Positions 1 to 7,145 of a DNA stretch of 33,271 nt are shown piece by piece (positions within the stretch are counted from its first letter, which is position 1; each line of letters starts with the position of its first letter). The DNA is taken from contig JALRFL010000082.1 in NCBI GenBank assembly GCA_023259875.1, positions 1 through 33,271 on the forward strand, given 5' to 3'. Made by a program: the position numbers and the translations under genes. The DNA comes from Alphaproteobacteria bacterium. Its GTDB lineage: Bacteria > Pseudomonadota > Alphaproteobacteria > Puniceispirillales > UBA1172. Below the pieces are notes generated by a model. It searched no databases. It was not told the DNA's origin and saw nothing but the letters and a program-made list of their open reading frames with translations.

Positions 1-115
1 GGCACTAAATTTTTTAGCAAAATGTCGTACCTGTGATAGTAAAAGTCGGGGTTAAAAGCCGTTCTGATTAAGGTGCACCCTAATGATGGGGGAAGGGCTG
101 TAATTCAGGCCGGAT

Positions 116-146
116 GAACCTTTGGCAAGGTTTGGTTTATTTTATA
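116..146 (+). promoter_or_regulatory. Weak hairpin (GAACCTT-TGGC-AAGGTTT, 7 bp including one G.U) followed by a T-rich run GGTTTATTTTATA, in the leader of the corrinoid protein gene. It may be an attenuator or terminator element.
   Basis: Read directly from the sequence. The stem is AT-rich and short. An AAGGGGA Shine-Dalgarno at about 152-159 and the ATG at 167 follow. Confidence 0.2.
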
Positions 147-166
147 CAGGTTAAGGGGAGTCTGAT

Positions 167-856
167 ATGTCCGATGATGATGATATTATCTTGTCCGAGC
201 TAGATGATGATGAACTGGTTCAGCAGATGCATGATGACCTGTATGACGGGTTGCAAGAGGAAATCGTTGAAGGGGTAAATATCCTGCTGGAGCGGGGATG
301 GACACCTTATGATGTGTTGACCAAGGCACTGGTCGAGGGCATGACGATTGTCGGTATTGATTTCCGCGATGGTATTTTATTCGTCCCCGAAGTGTTAATG
401 GCTGCCAATGCGATGAAGGCGGGCATGGGGGTTCTGCGCCCTCTGCTGGCAGAAACAGGCGCGCCGCGCGTGGGCAAGGTCGTCATTGGTACAGTTAAAG
501 GCGATATTCATGATATCGGCAAAAATCTGGTTTCCATGATGATGGAAGGGGCTGGATTTGAGGTCATTGATATCGGTATCAATAACCCTGTTGAAAACTA
601 CATTGAGGCGCTTGAAAAACATAAACCTGATATTCTAGGAATGTCTGCGCTTTTGACCACGACCATGCCTTACATGAAGGTGGTGATTGACGCTTTGGTC
701 GAAAAAGGGATGCGCGATGATTATATCGTGCTTGTTGGCGGCGCCCCTTTGAATGAGGCGTTTGCTAATTCTATCGGTGCTGATGCTTATTGTCGTGATG
801 CCGCGGTTGCGGTGGAAACGGCAAAGGCAATGGTCGCATCCAAGCCCTCGGCCTAA
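167..856 (+). CDS. Corrinoid (cobalamin-binding) methyl-carrier protein of the MtmC/MtgC/MetH-B12-domain type, with an acidic N-terminal extension
   Basis: The 229 aa ORF contains the DxHxxG base-off/His-on motif (GDIHDIGKNLV) and the downstream SALLTTT and LVGGAP motifs of the B12-binding Rossmann domain. It is preceded by a helical cap region. There is a good SD (AAGGGGA) upstream. Confidence 0.9.
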   Translation: MSDDDDIILSELDDDELVQQMHDDLYDGLQEEIVEGVNILLERGWTPYDVLTKALVEGMTIVGIDFRDGILFVPEVLMAANAMKAGMGVLRPLLAETGAPRVGKVVIGTVKGDIHDIGKNLVSMMMEGAGFEVIDIGINNPVENYIEALEKHKPDILGMSALLTTTMPYMKVVIDALVEKGMRDDYIVLVGGAPLNEAFANSIGADAYCRDAAVAVETAKAMVASKPSA

Positions 857-862
857 CCCCTC

Positions 863-1177
863 GTGCCAGCAATAACTGTCATTTATTGGCGTGATATCCC
901 TGCACAGGTGGTAGCAGAGGAAGGTCGCGGTCGTAATCGTCGCCAAGCCAAGGTTGAATTGCCTCAGCGTTTTGCCATTGCGATTGACGCGGCGGCGATG
1001 CGCGATGGCGCGGATTCAACCGATGATTATTTGGCAGAATGGCGGAAATCCGACCCTATGCCTTGCGGCGATGATCTTCAGGCTGAGGCGAACGCCAAAG
1101 CGGATCAATTGGTGGAAGAATACCCCCAAAGCCGGATTGCCAAAATTGTTGAAGCAGGTGGTCTAGAAGCATCATAA
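863..1177 (+). CDS. Small conserved protein of unknown function. It resembles the family often auto-annotated as 'virulence factor' domain protein next to alphaproteobacterial metF genes.
   Basis: 104 aa ORF with a GTG start 6 nt after the upstream stop, packed inside the operon. My family assignment comes from recollection of the N-terminal pattern (TVIYWRDIPAQV...) and is not verified. The protein has no cofactor motif and one Cys. Confidence 0.55.
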   Translation: MPAITVIYWRDIPAQVVAEEGRGRNRRQAKVELPQRFAIAIDAAAMRDGADSTDDYLAEWRKSDPMPCGDDLQAEANAKADQLVEEYPQSRIAKIVEAGGLEAS

Positions 1178-1321
1178 GCCAGCACGGCCATTAAGATTGT
1201 CGGAAATAAGAGACTGTTAGCCGCCATCTGGCCATTATCAAACGGGAATCCTATCTATTACCCTAGGCATGGCTAATAGAGTCATACCTTCGCTTGTTTT
1301 ATCCATGTAAGGAGCCGGAAG

Positions 1322-2224
1322 ATGAGTATTTCAATAGATGCAATTGCCAAGGCAGGGAAAAATTGGTCTATTGAGGTGACCCCACCCGGTGCCGCCAAAA
1401 TTGAGAGCTTTTCAGATATTCTGGCTGAAAACACCACGGTGAATGTCACTTTTCTGCCGGGAACCGACCCTGTGGATACGGTCAATGTCGCTAAGCGTTT
1501 GCGTGATGACGGCATGAATCCTGTTCCCCATATTGCTGCGCGGTCAATCAAATCCAAAGCTCAACTTTCTGAACTGGTGGCGGATATGACTTCGCGCGCC
1601 AAGGTTGACGAAGTTTTGGTTATTGGCGGCGGTGTCACGCATCCGGTTGGTGATTTTTCCTCAAGCATGGAAATTCTTGAAACCGGAGTTCTGCAATCCG
1701 CAGGGATTCGCAAGATCGGCGTCTCTGGGCATCCTGAGGGAAGCCCAGATATCACTGATCCGCAACTGGCAGAGGCATTGGCATGGAAAAATGCCTTTGC
1801 TAAGCGTGAAGGCCTTGATCTCTATATCGAAACCCAATTCTGTTTTGATGCCGCCGCGGTGGTGGCGTGGGAAAATGCGATCCGTGAGGCTGGTAACGAG
1901 TTGCCCATTCGCATTGGTATTCCAGGCCCAGCCACAATTAAAACCCTGTTCCGTTTTGCCCAGATTTCGGGCATTGGCCCATCGATGCGGTTTATTGCCA
2001 AACAGGCTCGCAATGTTACCAAACTGCTTACCGTGCAATCACCCCATTTGCTGATCGCAGGCCTAGCCGAAGCCATGGCGAATGATGACAAGAGCAAATT
2101 ACATCATTTCCACTATTATCCTTTTGGCGGCGTTGCCAAAACCGCCATATGGGCATCAGAAGTCGCCGCAGGCAATATTACGCTTCTTCCAAAGGGAGGG
2201 TTTAGCGTGCCAACACCGAAATAA
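1322..2224 (+). CDS. metF: Methylenetetrahydrofolate reductase family protein (MetF-like)
   Basis: 300 aa, the usual MetF length, with a TIM-barrel-like pattern (SIEVTPP, VNVTFLPG, VLVIGGG, SGHPEGSP, IETQFCFD). There is a GGAG SD 5' of the ATG. The operon context includes a methyl-H4folate-forming methyltransferase. Confidence 0.85.
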   Translation: MSISIDAIAKAGKNWSIEVTPPGAAKIESFSDILAENTTVNVTFLPGTDPVDTVNVAKRLRDDGMNPVPHIAARSIKSKAQLSELVADMTSRAKVDEVLVIGGGVTHPVGDFSSSMEILETGVLQSAGIRKIGVSGHPEGSPDITDPQLAEALAWKNAFAKREGLDLYIETQFCFDAAAVVAWENAIREAGNELPIRIGIPGPATIKTLFRFAQISGIGPSMRFIAKQARNVTKLLTVQSPHLLIAGLAEAMANDDKSKLHHFHYYPFGGVAKTAIWASEVAAGNITLLPKGGFSVPTPK

Positions 2225-2344
2225 GCCAGATGAACGGTGATCGGTTGAAAAGCATATCAGGCAGGGACTTGAAAACCTTGGCTGCCAAGAAATATCAGTG
2301 TTAACAGAATACAAGCGAACTCACATCGAAAGAGGAGCCCAAAC

Positions 2345-3250
2345 ATGACCATTACCCGCGTGTCATCACACAAAAAAGAGATTGAGATTGGTTTTGAAAA
2401 GCCATTTTGCATTATTGGTGAACGAATTAATCCCACCGGCCGTAAACTGCTTGCCGCAGAAATGGCAGAGGGCGATTACACGCGCGTGTTGTCTGATGCG
2501 CTGGCTCAGGTTGAGGCAGGGGCAACTATGCTGGATGTGAACGCTGGCATCCCCATGGCTGATGAGCCAAAGATTCTGGCAGAATGTATCCAGTTGATTC
2601 AGGATCATGTTGATATTCCTCTGGCCATTGACAGCTCCATCGTTGAGGCGCTGGAATCAGGATTGTCTGTTTATAAGGGTAAGCCTTTGGTCAATTCGGT
2701 GACGGGTGAAGAAGAACGCCTTGAGGTGGTTTTGCCACTTGTGAAAAAATATAACGCCGCTGTTGTTGCTATCTCAAATGATGAAACTGGCATTTCCGAA
2801 GACCCTGATGTGCGTTATGAGGTGGCAAAGAAAATTGTTGAACGCGCCGAAGATTTTGGCATCCCACGCGAAGATGTGGTGGTTGATCCTTTGATCATGC
2901 CTGTGGGGGCAATTAATCTGGCTGGCCGTTCCGCGCTTGATCTGATTCGCCGCCTGCGGACAGAGCTCAAGGTTAACACCACTTGTGGGGCGTCTAATAT
3001 TTCCTTTGGTTTGCCAAACCGGCATGGCATGAATGCCGCTTTCTTGGCTATGGCTGTTGGGGCAGGCATGACCTCTGCCATTATGAATCCGCTTCATGCC
3101 GAAGAAATGTCAGGCATTATGGGCGCGGATGTTATGATGGGAACTGATCCAGAATGCCGCCGTTGGATTAAGAAATATCGTGAGCCTGTGGCCGAAGGCG
3201 AAGGTCGGGGGGCACGCGGTGATCGTGAACGCCGCCGCCGCAGGGCATAA
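2345..3250 (+). CDS. Methyltetrahydrofolate:corrinoid methyltransferase (pterin-binding, DHPS-like; MT2 component, related to the MetH pterin module, AcsE and MtgA)
   Basis: The 301 aa ORF carries motifs that parallel the MetH pterin-binding module: IIGERINPTGRK, MLDVNAG, LAIDSS, LVNSV, GASNISFG. There is an AGAGGAG SD. The C-terminus is Arg-rich (GRGARGDRERRRRRA). Confidence 0.88.
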   Translation: MTITRVSSHKKEIEIGFEKPFCIIGERINPTGRKLLAAEMAEGDYTRVLSDALAQVEAGATMLDVNAGIPMADEPKILAECIQLIQDHVDIPLAIDSSIVEALESGLSVYKGKPLVNSVTGEEERLEVVLPLVKKYNAAVVAISNDETGISEDPDVRYEVAKKIVERAEDFGIPREDVVVDPLIMPVGAINLAGRSALDLIRRLRTELKVNTTCGASNISFGLPNRHGMNAAFLAMAVGAGMTSAIMNPLHAEEMSGIMGADVMMGTDPECRRWIKKYREPVAEGEGRGARGDRERRRRRA

Positions 3251-3311
3251 CTTTTCACGGGTTACTGATTGGCATAGCTTACCATTGCGTTCAACCTAGA
3301 GATAAACGGAT

Positions 3312-5384
3312 ATGGCAAAACCTGAAAACGCCAAGAACAACAATAACGAAGCAAACGATACCCAAGCGAAGGATATTAAGGTTGTTTTCACCCCTTCTGG
3401 CAGACAAGGTCATGTGCCTGCCGGAACAACCGTGCTTCAAGCCGCGCGAAGCCTTGGCGTAGATATTGATTCGGTTTGTGGTGGCCGAGCCATGTGTGGG
3501 CGTTGTCAGGTCGTCGTGGGTGAAGGCGACTTTTCAAAACACGGTATCCGTTCATCGCAAGATTCTGTCTCACCCCGATCAAAAGTTGAAGATCGATATG
3601 CTGATAAACGCGGTCTCGCTAATGGTCGGCGGCTATCTTGCCAATCGACTTTGCTCAAAGATGCGGTGATAGATGTTCCTGCCACCTCACAGGTGCATGC
3701 TCAAGTGGTTCGTAAAGAAGCCGATACCAGAGTGATTGATGTCGATGCTATCACTCGGCTTTGTTATATTTCTGTTCGCGAACCGGATATGCATGAACCC
3801 TCAGGCGATTTGCGCCGTGTGGCCGAAGCACTCAAAGAACAATGGCCAGATCGTGTAGAAGGCCATATTACCGCTGACCTCCATGTTTTGCGCCAACTTC
3901 AAGTGGTGTTGCGCAAAGGAAAATGGGAAATCACCGTTGCCTTGCGTGACGGCACACGCATTATTGGGGTATGGCCGGGTCTTAAGGAACGCATTGTTGG
4001 CGCGGCGATTGATATTGGCTCAACCACCATGTCCGCGCATCTCTGTGATATGAATAGTGGTGAGGTGCTGGCCTCATCAGGGGCGATGAACCCACAAATC
4101 CGCTTCGGCGAAGATTTGATGAGTCGGGTGTCCTATGGCTTCCTTAACGCAGGCGGGGCAGAGGAAATGACCGCTTCGGTGCGCGAAGGGCTTCAACAGT
4201 TGCTTGATGGCGCAGCACAACAGGGCGGTATCAGCCAAGACGATATTATCGAGATTGTTCTGGTGGGCAATCCCGTGATGCATCATCTTGTGCTTGGTAT
4301 TGATCCTATTGAACTTGGTGGCGCGCCGTTTGCGCTTGCTATTGATCAGTCGTTTGAAACCATGGCGAGTGAACTTGACCTTAATGTCCATCCAGGGGCT
4401 CGGGTTTATGTTCTGCCTTGTATCGCTGGCCATGTTGGGGCGGATGCGGCGGCGGTGGCCTTGGCGGAACGCCCTGATGCGGCAGAGGCCATGACACTGG
4501 TGGTGGATGTGGGCACGAATGCGGAAATCATTTGCGGCAACAGCCAGCGTTTGCTGGCAGCGTCTTCCCCGACTGGCCCTGCTTTTGAAGGTGCTCAGAT
4601 CAGCAGTGGTCAACGCGCCGCGCCGGGGGCGATTGAACGCATTAAGATTGACCCTGAAACCCTTGAGCCTCGTTTCCGTGTGATTGGGGTGGATTTATGG
4701 TCTGACGACGAGGGGTTTGCGGATGCCATCGCTAGCACAGGCATTACCGGCATTTGTGGGTCTGGCATTATTGAGGTGCTGTCAGAGATGTATCTTTGCG
4801 GCATCATTTCTGAAGATGGGGTGGTGGATGGCAAGAAAGCCGCTATTTCGCCGCGCATCGAAGAAGACGGTCGTACCTTTCGCTATCGGGTTTCAGAAAC
4901 GGTGGCCATTACGCAGAATGATATTCGCGCGATCCAGCTTGCTAAGGCCGCGCTTTATGCTGGCTTCCGCTTATTGATGGATAAGCTGGAAATTGACCAT
5001 GTGGATCATGTCGTTTTGGCTGGGGCGTTTGGCACACATATTGAGCCAAAATACGCCATGGTTCTTGGCATGATTCCGGATTGTGAGATTGAAAATGTCC
5101 GCTCAGCTGGCAATTCCGCTGGTACAGGGGCGAGAATCTGCCTCTTGAACAAAGGCCAACGCCGCGAGGTTGAGGATATTGTCCGGCGGATTGAAAAGAT
5201 CGAAACCGCTGTTGAGCCATCGTTTCAAGATCACTTTGTAAAGGCCATGGCTATCCCCCATAAAACAGACCCTTACGCTAAACTGTCATCAGTGGTGAAA
5301 ATGCCGCCACGCCAGCTTGACGATCCTAGCGCCGTTGGTGCTGGAGGGGAAAGATCAGGCCGCCGTCGCCGCCGTCAACGCTAA
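3312..5384 (+). CDS. Corrinoid reductive activase (RACE/RamA-AcsV-like), made of an N-terminal plant-type [2Fe-2S] ferredoxin domain and an ASKHA ATPase domain
   Basis: The 690 aa ORF has a Cys cluster (CGGRAMCGRCQV ... LSCQS). It also has ASKHA phosphate and adenosine motifs: AIDIGSTTMSAH, VVDVGTNAEI, ITGICGSGIIE. The C-terminal tail is GERSGRRRRRQR. Confidence 0.85.
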   Translation: MAKPENAKNNNNEANDTQAKDIKVVFTPSGRQGHVPAGTTVLQAARSLGVDIDSVCGGRAMCGRCQVVVGEGDFSKHGIRSSQDSVSPRSKVEDRYADKRGLANGRRLSCQSTLLKDAVIDVPATSQVHAQVVRKEADTRVIDVDAITRLCYISVREPDMHEPSGDLRRVAEALKEQWPDRVEGHITADLHVLRQLQVVLRKGKWEITVALRDGTRIIGVWPGLKERIVGAAIDIGSTTMSAHLCDMNSGEVLASSGAMNPQIRFGEDLMSRVSYGFLNAGGAEEMTASVREGLQQLLDGAAQQGGISQDDIIEIVLVGNPVMHHLVLGIDPIELGGAPFALAIDQSFETMASELDLNVHPGARVYVLPCIAGHVGADAAAVALAERPDAAEAMTLVVDVGTNAEIICGNSQRLLAASSPTGPAFEGAQISSGQRAAPGAIERIKIDPETLEPRFRVIGVDLWSDDEGFADAIASTGITGICGSGIIEVLSEMYLCGIISEDGVVDGKKAAISPRIEEDGRTFRYRVSETVAITQNDIRAIQLAKAALYAGFRLLMDKLEIDHVDHVVLAGAFGTHIEPKYAMVLGMIPDCEIENVRSAGNSAGTGARICLLNKGQRREVEDIVRRIEKIETAVEPSFQDHFVKAMAIPHKTDPYAKLSSVVKMPPRQLDDPSAVGAGGERSGRRRRRQR

Positions 5385-5413
5385 TTCTGTTGTCGAAAAA
5401 TCATCAATCGCTA

Positions 5414-6130
5414 TTAGGGCGTGATGACATATTCCTTTTCATCACGGCCTGTTTTTCTGGCCATATCGCGTAGCTGCATGTTGATCAGGTCGAGCATCTG
5501 CTGGTTATTTTCGCTGGTCTTGACGCGCTTAGCTAAGTCTTGCCAAATCAAAATCGCTTGCTCATCATTGCCATTCTGACTGGCATAAAGGGCATAGAGA
5601 TAGGGCGCACGCCAATCTTCAGGGTTTTCTGCCATGGTTTGCCGTAATAAGGCGGCGGCGGCTTCGGTGACAATCCCATCCGCTTGCCGCGTCATGGCCT
5701 CTGCTAGCATGGCACGCACCGTTCCATTATGGGTTAAGGCTAGCACGGCCTCAAGGGCGGCGATCTCAATATCATATTCTTTGGCGGCGGCGGCGGCCTC
5801 TGCCAGCATCAGCATAGCGGCAACATCACCGGGATTCGCCATGGCGTAGGCTTCGGCGGCGGCAAGACGCTGTGCTATGATGTTTTGGCGTTCAGCTTCA
5901 ATTTCTGCCTTGATCTGAAGTTCTTCTAATCTGTCGGAAAGGGGCTGATCCGAAAACTCAGGGGTGCCAATAGCGCCATAAATGATCATCGCCCCTAGCA
6001 TGGGCAGAATGATGAGCCCCCCTTGCCGGCCAAGCGGCAAAACCCCTGTGCCGCGCATAACAAGCCCCATGACGGCTATCACCATAACTGTCATGACCAT
6101 CAGGCTGATGATAAAGCCGCCATCCATCAT
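5414..6130 (-). CDS. ccmI: Cytochrome c-type biogenesis protein CcmI/CycH (short form: two N-terminal TM helices plus a TPR-like region)
   Basis: 238 aa ORF. Its start overlaps the ccmH stop by 4 nt. It has a hydrophobic N-terminus and an Ala-rich helical repeat region. It is the last gene of the ccm operon. Confidence 0.7.
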   Translation of the reverse strand: MMDGGFIISLMVMTVMVIAVMGLVMRGTGVLPLGRQGGLIILPMLGAMIIYGAIGTPEFSDQPLSDRLEELQIKAEIEAERQNIIAQRLAAAEAYAMANPGDVAAMLMLAEAAAAAKEYDIEIAALEAVLALTHNGTVRAMLAEAMTRQADGIVTEAAAALLRQTMAENPEDWRAPYLYALYASQNGNDEQAILIWQDLAKRVKTSENNQQMLDLINMQLRDMARKTGRDEKEYVITP

Positions 6131-6591
6131 CCTTTTGTCTTTCTGTCATTTGTGGGGTTAGCCAGACGCGGCCGTGTCCATATGGTAATCCCAAGGCCAA
6201 GGAGCAAAAGGATAACTGGCGCAAGCCATAACACCATGGTCAACCGGTTAAAGGGCGGTGAGAACAGAATATAATCGCCATAGCGTTGGCGCAAATAATT
6301 GAGGATATCATCATCGCTTTTCCCATTTGTGATTTGCTCACGAATGATGCTGCGAATGGTAATGGCGAAATCAGAATTGCTGTCATCCACGGTCTGATTC
6401 TGGCAAGTCAAACAGCGCAATTCATTCGCCAGCGCTCTTGCTCTGGCTTCATCAGCAGGATTGGTCAGTTGCTCTTCGGGTAAAATCCCATAAGCCGGTG
6501 GGGGGTTCACGCTAAACATAGACCCAGACAGCGACACCATCATGACCACCATCAATGCGATCAGGGTTTGGGGGATCAGGCGATGGGTCAT
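6127..6591 (-). CDS. ccmH: Cytochrome c-type biogenesis protein CcmH/CycL
   Basis: 154 aa with a signal/TM segment, the LRCLTCQNQ (LRCxxC) motif and a C-terminal TM helix. It overlaps ccmG by 4 nt. Confidence 0.9.
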   Translation of the reverse strand: MTHRLIPQTLIALMVVMMVSLSGSMFSVNPPPAYGILPEEQLTNPADEARARALANELRCLTCQNQTVDDSNSDFAITIRSIIREQITNGKSDDDILNYLRQRYGDYILFSPPFNRLTMVLWLAPVILLLLGLGITIWTRPRLANPTNDRKTKG

Positions 6592-7142
6592 GGCGCCATG
6601 CCCAAGGTGATGAGCGCATCGCGGATCACCCCATTTAACTCATTGGCAAAGATAGGCCCCCGATGATGCAGAATGATCGTCCCATCTGGCCCAATAATCA
6701 GGGTTTCGGGTAAGGCCTGAACCCCAATTTCAATACTGGCTCTACCATCCCTATCCACCCCAATAGCGGTGTAAGGATCACCAAAGGTGTTTAGAAAATC
6801 CAATGCGTTTTCTTGCTCATCACGCTGATTGATGCCAAGCACAGGCAAAGATTCTGATAAGCGTTCAATCGCTGGGGCTTCGGCGCGGCAAGGGGGGCAC
6901 CATGAGGCCCACACATTTATGGCATAGGCTTGGCCTTGCCAATCTGTTAACGAAAACTCATCTTGATCTGTGGCTTTAAGGAGCGGCAAAGTCACCAAGG
7001 GTATTGCCTGACCCTCCATAGAAAACCCGATAGATTGGGTGTCCCTGCTGCCATTAGTAATGGCAAGCAAGCCCCATAACGAAACGCCAACAAACAAAAA
7101 GAAAATTAGAACAGGGATGATAAACACAGGGCGAAAGGTCAT
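6588..7142 (-). CDS. ccmG: Thiol:disulfide oxidoreductase CcmG/DsbE
   Basis: 184 aa with an N-terminal membrane anchor and the thioredoxin-fold motif WASWCPPCRAE. Confidence 0.92.
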   Translation of the reverse strand: MTFRPVFIIPVLIFFLFVGVSLWGLLAITNGSRDTQSIGFSMEGQAIPLVTLPLLKATDQDEFSLTDWQGQAYAINVWASWCPPCRAEAPAIERLSESLPVLGINQRDEQENALDFLNTFGDPYTAIGVDRDGRASIEIGVQALPETLIIGPDGTIILHHRGPIFANELNGVIRDALITLGMAP

Positions 7143-7145
7143 GGC

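Noticed and set aside
4077-4613. 178 aa minus-strand ORF inside the RACE-activase gene. Similar long antisense or alternate-frame ORFs lie at 1605-2054, 1661-2038, 12305-12811, 13703-14137, 17087-17518, 22196-22642 and 22768-23109.
   Set aside because: Each lies entirely within a CDS that has strong family motifs on the other strand or frame. Their translations are low-complexity and rich in Arg, His and Cys, with no recognisable domains and no SD. These are typical shadow ORFs in moderate-GC DNA.
5385-5413. Possible bidirectional terminator between the convergent RACE-activase and ccmI genes
   Set aside because: Only a 5 bp CTAAT/ATTAG complementarity with a ~29 nt loop could be drawn, which is too weak to call.
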